Origin: Tortispora ganteri
Taxonomy: Eukaryota
Length of the DNA: 64,000 nucleotides
Direction of reading: 5' to 3'
Assembly: GCA_003707115.1 (NCBI GenBank)
Contig: PPNB01000001.1
Coordinates: 372,001-436,000, forward strand
Shown here piece by piece: positions 54,792-64,000 of the stretch. Every line of letters starts with the position of its first letter. The stretch's first letter is position 1. The position numbers were made by a program, and so were the translations under genes. Under the pieces are notes generated by a model that saw only the letters and a list, made by a program, of their open reading frames with translations, was not told the DNA's origin and searched no databases.

Positions 54792-55793
54792 ATGACAATG
54801 TTAGGAATAAGCGAGAATCTGACCGACGAAGAGGTTTTAAATTCGATATCTAACCTCGAAATTCTTGTTGAATCAACTTTGACGAAAATTACTTTAGACG
54901 AATTGCATGAAAACATCGCAAGGGAACTGCTCAGAATCGACAAGGCCACTCTCGTTGGCAAGCTTTACATCAACGGAACAGCTTCCACGCAATTGTCTAT
55001 GGAGAAGCTAGAATCAATATGTTTGAGCGTGGCTGAAGAATTTATAAGTACAGCACCGCATTGTGGCGATGTCCAAATAGACAGAGCAATCCACTGTATT
55101 GGACTACTGTACCCTCATTTCCTCGATTCTCGCCGGTTAGAACAGACATATAGTTGTCTTGAAGCCATAAAACAGCTTTCACAATACCGACTAGAATCTA
55201 CAGACGGAACAATACTTCCTGTGCAGATAGTTCATGACCCTAAACTAACCGAAATCTTCACTACTCTTGTGGATCAAAATCCAGGAGTGTCAAACGACCC
55301 AGATCATCTCCTTGAGATAGCTACGAAGCTGATTGAGGCAAAGGGTACAAATCATAACAACTTAGCATTGCATGCGCATATTCTATCTGCATGCGTACAA
55401 GATGCGCTAGTGAGACAAGATTTTAAGCTTGCCTACACGATATGCGTAGGCCGACTAGACCGCATGGCTGAGACCGACGCAGAGGCAGCAAATCATGCCT
55501 GGCAGGCTTTCTACCTGCTAGGTAAATATGTTTCATTCTCAGGAAGAGATGAATTTCTAGAAGAAAAGCATCACGCCTTAACGATTGCGCTAAAATACTG
55601 TCCGCCAGAGCAAATTGATCACGTTATTAGCACCTGGAAGGCCTCGCAAGTTCAATTGAGAGAAACATACAAAGGACAACCAGTATTGAACGCTGCGCAT
55701 CATTTGAACCTTGAACTTCCTGAATTAGGATATCTCAATGCTCGTGCAAAAGACCATATTTCCAATCTGCTTAGCTGGGCTCTTCGCACATAG
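54792..55793 (+). CDS. SEC39: Sec39-like protein (Dsl1 tethering complex), C-terminal half only
   Basis: LEAIKQLSQYRL...LPVQI, LVDQNP, CVQDALVRQDFKLAY, AWQAFYLLGKY and ALKYCPPEQIDHVISTWK resemble the Sec39 C-terminal region. Confidence 0.7.
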   Translation: MTMLGISENLTDEEVLNSISNLEILVESTLTKITLDELHENIARELLRIDKATLVGKLYINGTASTQLSMEKLESICLSVAEEFISTAPHCGDVQIDRAIHCIGLLYPHFLDSRRLEQTYSCLEAIKQLSQYRLESTDGTILPVQIVHDPKLTEIFTTLVDQNPGVSNDPDHLLEIATKLIEAKGTNHNNLALHAHILSACVQDALVRQDFKLAYTICVGRLDRMAETDAEAANHAWQAFYLLGKYVSFSGRDEFLEEKHHALTIALKYCPPEQIDHVISTWKASQVQLRETYKGQPVLNAAHHLNLELPELGYLNARAKDHISNLLSWALRT

Positions 55794-55870
55794 TGATTTT
55801 GATTGCTCCCAGCAACCTTCACCTTTTTGATACTACACCAACCTTTCCCCATCTTCAAACAACAAACAAC

Positions 55871-56824
55871 ATGGCCGATGATCTCCCTTCGCCCGGAGAA
55901 TATGACACTAAAAGCGCAGTGTCATACATTCCTATTTCATCCGAAGATAGTGACGTGTCATACTTCTACGAGTCGGCAGTTCCGGAGTGCATCGACAGGT
56001 CTAAACAATGTATTCTCGGAATAGACGAAGCCGGACGCGGTCCCGTACTGGGTCCCATGGTCTATGCTGTGAGCTATTGCACAAAAGAATACGCGGAAAC
56101 ATTAAAAGGCTATGGGTTTGCTGACTCTAAAGTGCTCAACGAGTCTACGCGTGCTACGCTGATGGAGCAGATGTGCACTGAGGGCCATAGCCTATACCAA
56201 AACCTTGGATGGGCAATAAACGCGTTAAGTGCTAGAGACATATCAGCGCTAATGCTCGATCCTAACCCGACTAATCTGAATGAACAAGCGAGGAATGCTA
56301 CAATAAGTCTCATTCAACGAGTTGCCGCTAAAGTGAACGTGTCACACGTGTACATAGACACAGTGGGGCCACCTCAGAAATATGAACAGTTCCTGCAAAA
56401 CCTTTTCCCGCATATGAAGATAATTGTGGCGAAGAAAGCCGACTCTACATATCCGATAGTGAGCGCAGCTAGTGTGTGCGCTAAAGTGACACGAGATGGC
56501 TGCCTGGAATTGCGAAGACAGAAAATTGCTAATGATTTGGACTGGGGATGTGGGTACTCTGGAGATGCAAGAACTGTGGCATGGCTCGCTAAATCTATTG
56601 ATCCTGTTTTTGGATGGGATCCGATCGTACGCTATTCATGGGGAACGATTAAAGACATATATCAGCGCAAGGTGAACTGTGTAACAATGTCATGGAAAGA
56701 AGAGATCAAGAAACCAAATAAAAGGGCATATGGGCAACAAAATCAGCAGCCGAAAGTGTTCGACAGCATCAAATCTAACGTCTACCATTACGGAATGCAT
56801 GCTACAAGTAGCGATTTCTCATAA
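55871..56824 (+). CDS. RNH201: ribonuclease H2 catalytic subunit A
   Basis: GIDEAGRGPVLGPMVY, ADSK, YIDTVG and KKADSTYPIVSAASVCAKVTRD. First ATG at 55871. Confidence 0.96.
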   Translation: MADDLPSPGEYDTKSAVSYIPISSEDSDVSYFYESAVPECIDRSKQCILGIDEAGRGPVLGPMVYAVSYCTKEYAETLKGYGFADSKVLNESTRATLMEQMCTEGHSLYQNLGWAINALSARDISALMLDPNPTNLNEQARNATISLIQRVAAKVNVSHVYIDTVGPPQKYEQFLQNLFPHMKIIVAKKADSTYPIVSAASVCAKVTRDGCLELRRQKIANDLDWGCGYSGDARTVAWLAKSIDPVFGWDPIVRYSWGTIKDIYQRKVNCVTMSWKEEIKKPNKRAYGQQNQQPKVFDSIKSNVYHYGMHATSSDFS

Positions 56825-56865
56825 TAATCAGAGAGAGATTTATTAATTCTTTCATCACAACGTTT

Positions 56866-57498
56866 CTAGCAACAGGCATATTTGGCATCATTCTTAGATA
56901 CATCAATACCCCAATTAGTTTGCGGTGATTTTACACCGTTCTGCGGATTACCTAAATTAACTTGGCCTGAAACGATTTTGTTATAGATATCGTCTGCCAC
57001 GAGTTTATACGACTTTTCAACCTGATCGCCAGTCTTGGCAGAGGCTTCCACGAACGCGGTCAGTTTATTTGCTTTTGAAAACTCGTAAGCTTCTTCTGTT
57101 GATACCTGTCTTGACTCATTTGACATATCGATCTTGTTGCCAACTAAGCAAATGCTAATATTCGGACTGGCCAAGTCTCTGATGTCGTCAAGCCATTTCT
57201 GAATATTGTCGAAGGTCTCCCGCCTAGTGACATCGTAGACTAATATACATCCTGCCGCGTTCCTAAAATAGGATTTAGTTATTGATCTGAAATGTTCCTG
57301 ACCTGCTGTATCCCAGATTTGTAGTTTCATATGTTTGTTGTCGCCTACTTCCATCACTTTAGTGCCAATCTCAGCTGCTATTGTCACTTCATGACCGTCA
57401 ATGAATCGGCTATCGGTCAGCCTAATTGTCAACGACGATTTACCACATGCTGAGTCGCCAATCATAACGATTTTAGCGATATATTCCCATGCAGGCAT
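56866..57498 (-). CDS. Rab GTPase, fungal Rab2-like
   Basis: WEYIAKIV.IGDSACGKSSLTIRL, WDTAGQE.FRSITKSY, GNKID, EASAK and C-terminal CC. Confidence 0.9.
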   Translation of the reverse strand: MPAWEYIAKIVMIGDSACGKSSLTIRLTDSRFIDGHEVTIAAEIGTKVMEVGDNKHMKLQIWDTAGQEHFRSITKSYFRNAAGCILVYDVTRRETFDNIQKWLDDIRDLASPNISICLVGNKIDMSNESRQVSTEEAYEFSKANKLTAFVEASAKTGDQVEKSYKLVADDIYNKIVSGQVNLGNPQNGVKSPQTNWGIDVSKNDAKYACC

Positions 57499-57688
57499 CT
57501 TCAGCCTGGCGCGCCTAAATGCAGCTCGTTTTGCCTTTGTGTATCACTTGCCTAGTGGATCAAATCTAATATTAAGGCAGCTTATAGCACCCTCCAAACG
57601 CTTCTCATTGGTCAGTCATTCTCCCAATCACTCATTATCAACAGTCTCACACCTTACTAGCGATATAGCCACATTTCGCATCTTTGTG

Positions 57689-59795
57689 ATGTTCTCTGAA
57701 TGTAAGTACCCTACCGTCTGAGATATTTGTTCCTTTTATAATTTCTAACATATTAGATACCTCTAAGTTGCTCTCGCATTCTCAGGCGAGACTGCAGGGA
57801 CTCAGAAGCAATCCTGCCCCGCTCTTCTTATCTACCCAAGACTACCTCAACACTGACGAGAGTGCGGATCAGATGGCGCCACGCTCAATATATGCGCCGT
57901 CTCGGTCCCGCTTTCAATCGGCTTTTGCAAAGAAAGGCCGCTTGTCTAGTGGGGATCACTATGATGACGACTACGACGACGACGTAGATGAAGATCCATC
58001 CCGCTCCCTCATAGAAGAACCAATGCATGACGACGCGGACGACGATGACGACGAGGACAATGATCCAAATGCGTTGGGCCTTGATGCAAGTATTCACACA
58101 GTAGTCAGTAACCAGTCGATCCTTGATGGCGAAATCCCTGATATGGATATAGAAGCGCGTCCATTGTGGAGCAGCTGGGTACACCAAGACGACGACGATG
58201 ATAATGATGACGATGATAACAGTGTTAACGATAATGATGATCATCGTCCCACAGCCATATCTGCATCCCTGGTACAAGATGATCATCACAATTTGGCCCG
58301 TCCCAACAATGACATGATGGAGTCTGTGCCTCTAGGGTCTACCATCGCCAATCCGGCTGTTACTCAGACAAGTTCATCTCGTCCGACCCGGAAACGTTCC
58401 TCGCCATCTATTCCCCCGCAACTGTCTATATCGACCACTAGAACACCTAAATTTGACCGTCCATGGGCACTATTATATTCAGGTTTGATGATTTTTATGC
58501 TCTCTTCTGCTTTCCTGACTTGGATCAGGACTGAACCTGCAGAGTCTAGAATCAGAGATGCCATCTTCTTAGTTATTTCTCAATCCATAAGTCTCCTTTC
58601 AGTTGATATGGTGCTTGCTTTCCTAGTCTCTTTAGTGTGGTTTTACGTCATAACGCACCATTTAAGACCTTTGGTTTACACGTTGGCAATCTGCCTTCCT
58701 TTGGCTCTGGTCCCGCTATGCTTCATAACATGGGCGTTCTCTTTCAAGTCACCAAATGGAGGACATTCTACGCAGGATACCGTTATGAGATTAATTGCAA
58801 TTTTACCACTGATATTTGCTATCCTCTGGTCTTATGTTCTGTATCATAGCAGGGCTAACCTAAACAGAGCAATTAGAATTATACAGTTGTCTTGCAAGAT
58901 TCTAAAGCAGAACTCTTCCTTGATGGTTTTAGGTGTTGGCATTATACTGTCCTTTACTTTATTTACATTTGCCTGGATTCAAATGTTTTCTCGGGCTTTT
59001 TTGGCAGTATCTGATATTCCTGACTCTAGCAAGTCTCGCATTGATGTCATCCTAGCTCCGCGTTCTTGGTTATCGGGTATTTTTTACGTGTTGATGTACC
59101 TTTGGACATTTGCCGTATTTTCTGGGATACAAAGAGTTGCAACAAGCTCAACAGTATCTCAATGGTATTTTTATCGCCACTGCGTGCCACCTGTCCCTGC
59201 GAGAATTGTCCTAGTTACCTCACTTTTTCATGCTGTGACTACACTTATCGGCTCTGTTTGCTTCTCTTCTTTCACATCACTAATGCTTAGAATTCCTCTA
59301 CTTATTTTGCCTAAACGGTTTTCTAATGGCATTCAATTGTTATTCTATCAGGTTTTACCAATATCCGTTGTGGCAATTACACATCCCCTTACTTTATCGT
59401 TTTCTGCTATTACTATGACGAATCTGAGTCATTCAGCAAGGGTTCTTGCTGCTCAAGGCCACGTTGATTTTGGCAAAAATGTCATTGGGTCTCGATTCCA
59501 AAGGTTTAATCCTACATGGGGTCCATACAGGCTCGCCAAGCTTATTTTAATGGCTGCTAGGATACTCACTGCACTGATTCTCGGGTTCATGGCATGGATA
59601 AGAGCAGAGTATCTAGCTAGTGGCGCTTATGCGTACACTGTTGCAATCCTTGCGTCCTTTATTGGATATACAGTCCTTGGCGCCACCGAAGGTGCACTGA
59701 GCATGGTTGTGGACTCTACATATATATGTCATGCAGTTGATCAGAAGAACGGAGGTGGACATTGCGCAGAGGCAGACAGAGTGTTTGTTAATTGA
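57689..59795 (+). CDS. choline transporter-like (CTL/SLC44/Pns1 family) protein; exons 57689-57701 and 57757-59795
   Basis: Splicing gives MFSEYTSKLLSHSQARL. Acidic N-terminus, about 10 TMs, SSTVSQWYF, GSVCFSS, and EGALSMVVDSTYIC. Confidence 0.88.
57702..57756 (+). other. spliceosomal intron of the CTL-family gene (55 nt)
   Basis: GTAAGT at 57702, TTCTAAC branch at about 57743-57749, TAG ending at 57756. Supplies the missing ATG in frame. Confidence 0.88.
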
Positions 59796-59936
59796 TGAGA
59801 GATGGTTTTATGGGAATAGAATATAATAATTTATGGAGTGCATTATGTTAATGGCATAGTATTCGTAGAGAATTGTAAAGAGAAAAAGGGCGACAGAGAG
59901 TATATGCTTGAGGTTGCAAGATGTAAACAGTTTAAT

Positions 59937-60947
59937 TCAAGAAGAAGAGTCCTTTGGCTTCTCTTGAGCGTCACTTTTGGCAGCTGAATCTGGTCCATTC
60001 GCGTTAACTTCAGCATCTTCGTTTAGTTTATTAGAGGAATCGGCTGATTTTTCTAAAGAAGACTTAGCGTCACCTTTTATTTGTATTTTGTTCTCGATCA
60101 AATTGTGAAACGCAGTGATGGCTCTGACTAGCGAAGATAGATATACAGTCATAAGTTCGTCATTAGCGTGAACACGCATGGCGCTTGTCAGAGGATTCTC
60201 GTCACCAACTATTTTGTCCGTTTTATCTATAATTGGAGATAAGTTTGGAAGCAAATTAAATACACCTTGAAGATGGCCTAAGATTGCGTGATTGATCGGC
60301 AGCTTGCCAGAATACACTTTGGTCAAATAGTTAGCGATATCGGCCAAACGTTCTTGCAGCCCTCTCAGACTTTGAAGCTGCGCAGTAACTCTTGTCGACA
60401 GGGCACCGATAGCTGCGTCTCTTACATCTCTAAGAAGGTGTTCGACGCCTATTTCTTCTGCCTCTTCTGCGACAATAGTGCTAGGGGCGTGGACAAACGT
60501 TCGTGAAGTACTAGTGCCATCATCCTTAACTTCGTCAATAGCAAAATAAGCATCCGTGGGGATTCCTTCTCTAGCGAAGACATCAATGATTACCAGCACA
60601 GGTTTGGCAGTGAAGCGCTTTAAGAGCTCCGATATAGCCATATCTGAGGCTCTGAGCTTAGGGCCTGAATGATACCAACCGATGACTTGCTCTTTAGCAT
60701 TTACCTTCCTGAACATAGACGCCATTGATTCTATGTAGTTGTGGTCTAAGAACCATACAGACCCGTCCTTTTCGTCTTCCTCAAATGGAACGGCAAATGA
60801 GTTAGTCACATTGTACACTGGCCCAGTTGTGCCGAGAAGGACGCCCACAACTCGTTTTTTAGTTCCTCTGGCTGTCCTGTTATAGTGGTCAACTGTTGAT
60901 AAAAGCACCAAAGGCGCGATTGCTACTGATTGCCCGATACTCGTCAT
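59937..60947 (-). CDS. RPN8: 26S proteasome lid subunit Rpn8 (MPN-)
   Basis: [33 protein letters not shown] and [17 protein letters not shown] at 60947. Confidence 0.97.
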   Translation of the reverse strand: MTSIGQSVAIAPLVLLSTVDHYNRTARGTKKRVVGVLLGTTGPVYNVTNSFAVPFEEDEKDGSVWFLDHNYIESMASMFRKVNAKEQVIGWYHSGPKLRASDMAISELLKRFTAKPVLVIIDVFAREGIPTDAYFAIDEVKDDGTSTSRTFVHAPSTIVAEEAEEIGVEHLLRDVRDAAIGALSTRVTAQLQSLRGLQERLADIANYLTKVYSGKLPINHAILGHLQGVFNLLPNLSPIIDKTDKIVGDENPLTSAMRVHANDELMTVYLSSLVRAITAFHNLIENKIQIKGDAKSSLEKSADSSNKLNEDAEVNANGPDSAAKSDAQEKPKDSSS

Positions 60948-61100
60948 TTTTAGTAAGTGATAAAGGGGAGATGCGAATGAATTAGTACAGGCATGGGGGA
61001 GGTGGTGTAGCGGCACTAAAGGCGTAGGGTAAGGGTTACATCAACCGTAGAAGACTGAAGCTAACTTCTTATATTATACTGTTATAATTCTGTCGTTTAT

Positions 61101-62462
61101 CTATTCCAGTTGTGCCTTTTTAGCCTCCAACTCGCGTTTTAGCTTAGCGGTGACATCCATGAATCTGTTGCGCAAAATAGGGTTCGTAGCATTGAGGGCG
61201 TCGCGCTCTTTAGCCTTGATTGTAGCATCTAATTCGTCGATCTCTTCTTTCAGTACATCATTTCTCTGTTTCGCGGCGCGTTCATCTTCATCGAGTCCTT
61301 CACCCGTAGTTTGGTTCTCATCATCATCGTCATCATCATCGTCATCGTCACTTTCGTCACTTTCGTCACTCTCATCTGCCTCGCCGTAATTGCCTGCGGA
61401 GTCTTTAGCAGCGGTGTTTTCTTCGTTGGCTTGGTCAGTAGAATCGAGTGCCATTTCTAGCTCTCGTCCGAGCATATCCTCTTCATCTTCGTCCGAGGCT
61501 GCAAGAGGCGTCTGTGCATTGCTGCCACCAGTACCTGTCATTGCTGTCCATGTTGACTCATCTTCTGACAGTCCGAACAGTCCATTGCCCTTAGAGCTAT
61601 CCAGCAGATCAAACGGTGTAGCTGAAGACTCTCTGTCGCTCAATCCTGAGCTTTCTCGTAAATATGTGTTCTGATCAACCAAATCGTACTTTACGAGATC
61701 AACTTGGTCATCTTGTTCAAGCAGCTTTGAGACCTGCTTTTCCACTGCTTCAATGGTTTTGTTCGATATCCGCTTGCGAAAACGCCGTTTTCGCACATAG
61801 TACAACGGCGGTGTCAGGCCATGATCAAATAAAAATGTTTCTTGCGTTGTGCGGCCTTTTTGATCCGTGTACCCTGCCAAAGACTTCAAATTTTCTTCGT
61901 CGTAGATTCGATCCGTTACCCACAGCATCTGGCAGACGTCCGCTATTTTGTATATGTTCTTCTTGTCCACTGTTTTGTGTACTTCCGATACTGTTGGTAG
62001 ATCGACCAATTTAGCTCCGTACATGTTATCACGTATAGTCACTACTGCTCTGTGAGAATCAATGAACTTGATGGAAACGTATTTCGTCCAATCGCTTTGT
62101 GGATCGTTGTCTAGCTTGTCTCGAAGCCAATCGAGATCCTCGCCAGGCAGCATGCGGAACACAATCGCTTCTTCCATCGCAGGGTCGTCTTCGCGGTCAG
62201 GTGCCTTGGCATCATATCCCTGAATCGGTTCCTTCGACTTCAATCTAATGCGCGGCATGCCGTTACTGTCTGTCCCGCCATTCGCTGAAGCCTTCAACTT
62301 CAGTTTGGGTACCTTCACGGCAGGGGACGCATCCCCATTGTTGTCACCGTCATTTGGTCTCTTAGCACCTAAAGATAGTTTAATTTTGGGCATAGACGGA
62401 GTTCCAGGCCGTGACCCTTCGCCGTCCGGTTCTTTTTTGCCATCGAGCTTGATTCGGATCAT
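61101..62462 (-). CDS. TAF7: TFIID subunit Taf7
   Basis: EDDPAMEEAIVFRM, AKLVDLP..EVHKT.DKKNIYK.ADVCQML, HGLTPPLYYVRKRRFRKR, an acidic tract, and NPILRNRF. Confidence 0.95.
   Translation of the reverse strand: MIRIKLDGKKEPDGEGSRPGTPSMPKIKLSLGAKRPNDGDNNGDASPAVKVPKLKLKASANGGTDSNGMPRIRLKSKEPIQGYDAKAPDREDDPAMEEAIVFRMLPGEDLDWLRDKLDNDPQSDWTKYVSIKFIDSHRAVVTIRDNMYGAKLVDLPTVSEVHKTVDKKNIYKIADVCQMLWVTDRIYDEENLKSLAGYTDQKGRTTQETFLFDHGLTPPLYYVRKRRFRKRISNKTIEAVEKQVSKLLEQDDQVDLVKYDLVDQNTYLRESSGLSDRESSATPFDLLDSSKGNGLFGLSEDESTWTAMTGTGGSNAQTPLAASDEDEEDMLGRELEMALDSTDQANEENTAAKDSAGNYGEADESDESDESDDDDDDDDDDENQTTGEGLDEDERAAKQRNDVLKEEIDELDATIKAKERDALNATNPILRNRFMDVTAKLKRELEAKKAQLE
61318..61376. repeat. coding trinucleotide/9-mer low-complexity tract (poly-Asp, SDE repeats) in TAF7
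   Basis: A (TCA/TCG)n run followed by TCACTTTCG repeats. Confidence 0.85.
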
Positions 62463-62976
62463 GTAGCTGGTGGTTGATGTCTTTGGTGGTGGCAGCTAGA
62501 TCGCTGGTGTCGTTCATGGAGTAGGTACATGGTAACTACTTTAGTATGTGGGTTAGGGTTCACTAAATACTCAACCGGTAATATATAAGATACAGTTATC
62601 AAAGCATCAAGAGCAATCCGATCACTACATGCTACTTTGCATTAGAGGGGCCATATATACTAGCTACTGCATGTGTATTTGAGGAGAGAATCCGGTACTG
62701 CTGCCAGTGCTACTGAGGCAAACACCAAAAGTGACTCCTCCGTCTCTAGATCTGGATCATTACATCTCGCTCAAGCACCTTCGTTCACTTTCCTCTCTTC
62801 AATTGGCCTTATCAGCTTGACTTTGGCCGCATACTCATTATAGTGCAATCTGTCTATTTACTACATTATCATAGCAAAGCTCCCTTGCTATAGTGACTCT
62901 CGTTATCAGTACGTTAAGTCAAATCTACAATCCATCTCATAATAAAGTCATTCCTGTATTCATAAATCGTGCATAT

Positions 62977-64000
62977 TCAATGCCTTCCTCGAGGCTTATA
63001 TTTGTCTTCATTATATTTCTGTGTCTCAGGATCTAGCTGGTTAGCCAGACCCATCAGTGTGTTTGAAACTACCTCCGTTGTACCAATCGCCGGCCGAAGA
63101 AGCACAACAGGTGCAGCTCGCGCTAGTGTGTGTACAAATCCGACAGCTGTCCCTTCTTCTGTGGCATCTTCAGGAAGTGATCCAACAACCTCCCCAGTCG
63201 TCCTTAAACTTTCACCAAACCTCTGGTACGCTCTGCTGAGACCTTGAGAGATCGTCCTAGGTTGATCCGCATAAGCACTAACAGCTTCAACCTCTCCATC
63301 AAGATTCACCAAATTGCGTCCTGAACCGCTCACGTCATCACCGGCACTTATTCTATCTCGACTGCTACCTGCGTATTCACCTCCCAAAACTTCCTCTGCG
63401 CTCTCTAACCAATTGTGCGTCCCCACAGCAAGTTTAGCTCCAAACTTCATCAGTTCATTCGCGGAAGTTCTAACAAATTGACGAGCTCCCCGTTCAGCAC
63501 TTCTTAAAAGTCGCCCGTCCTTTTTATATTCCTCTATGGGAACTGTGATCAACTCTTTAAATCCACTACCAAGTCGAACAACTGCTCGGATAGGTGAGAC
63601 ACCAGCTAGAACTGCACCCAACTGAGTTCTCTGGATGTCTGGAAGCCATATACGGTTAAGCGTCCGAATAACCTGCGGAATTCCTTTAATCCCATATAAC
63701 GTAACTGGTCGCAAAAGTATCTCTGCTTCATCTAGTACAAAAAAATTCATAAGCTCTGTCGTATGTCGCGAACGTAGACCAGCATAATCAATTTTCTTGG
63801 GCTTGTAATCTAGCTTAAGAGAGATATCAGAGATTTGTATCTTTTGAAAAAATGGCTCTTCGTTTTGTTCCTCTAGCTCATTCATCCTATCTGGTTGAAA
63901 CTGGAAAAATCGAGCCATAAACTCAAGAGTATCTTGATCAACATGGAGCCGCAATGGTAAAATATTGGCCCTAATCATCAAATCAAATGCACTCAAATCT
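62977..64000 (-). CDS. ATG2: autophagy lipid-transfer protein Atg2, C-terminal part (runs off the right edge)
   Basis: PLRLHVDQDTLEF, KLDYKPKKIDYAGLRS..TTELMNFF, SAYADQP, and APVVLLRPAIGTTE..SNTLMG. Confidence 0.95.
   Translation of the reverse strand, partial: DLSAFDLMIRANILPLRLHVDQDTLEFMARFFQFQPDRMNELEEQNEEPFFQKIQISDISLKLDYKPKKIDYAGLRSRHTTELMNFFVLDEAEILLRPVTLYGIKGIPQVIRTLNRIWLPDIQRTQLGAVLAGVSPIRAVVRLGSGFKELITVPIEEYKKDGRLLRSAERGARQFVRTSANELMKFGAKLAVGTHNWLESAEEVLGGEYAGSSRDRISAGDDVSGSGRNLVNLDGEVEAVSAYADQPRTISQGLSRAYQRFGESLRTTGEVVGSLPEDATEEGTAVGFVHTLARAAPVVLLRPAIGTTEVVSNTLMGLANQLDPETQKYNEDKYKPRGRH

Noticed and set aside
33664..61100. Rpn4 PACE elements upstream of SCL1 and RPN8
   Set aside because: No exact GGTGGCAAA found in either upstream region; only weak partial matches.
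1027..63247. Many short ORFs antisense or out-of-frame within the called genes
   Set aside because: They are shadows of well-supported conserved CDSs and carry no recognisable domains.
1..64000. tRNA, rRNA, snRNA, CRISPR arrays, LTRs or transposases
   Set aside because: No T-loop GTTCGA in a cloverleaf context, no snRNA signatures, no spaced repeats, and no RT/integrase/transposase ORFs seen by eye. tRNAscan-SE and Infernal would be needed to be certain.

Overview
Gene-dense, intron-poor eukaryotic DNA from an ascomycete yeast. The standard genetic code, GTAAGT donors, degenerate branch points, a Rab2-like gene and a single C1-THF synthase gene with a presequence exon point to an early-diverging Saccharomycotina-type lineage (inference). 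About 40 protein-coding genes are supported. Most are housekeeping genes: APL3, IMP1, EGH1, OPY2, TIF34, ADE3/MIS1, SDH2, HRT3, COX16, an FLC-family gene, HAS1, MRPL22, INN1, SCL1, DUG1, YPK1, YCH1, RPS17, ADA2, RNH201, RPN8, TAF7 and a partial ATG2. Four spliceosomal introns missed by the ORF track were reconstructed by hand. I found no tRNA, rRNA, CRISPR or mobile element, and no convincing new multi-gene system. The best leads are: (1) a dual-start ADE3/MIS1 gene with a presequence exon and a possible internal promoter; (2) a Rab2-like GTPase with a non-canonical switch I; (3) a half-length Sec39; (4) divergent Nse5-like and Prp24-like orphans; (5) a CaaX-ended EGH1; (6) a frameshifted small GPI-like ORF; (7) an unidentified ORF at the left edge. 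All family assignments come from motif recognition, not database searches.
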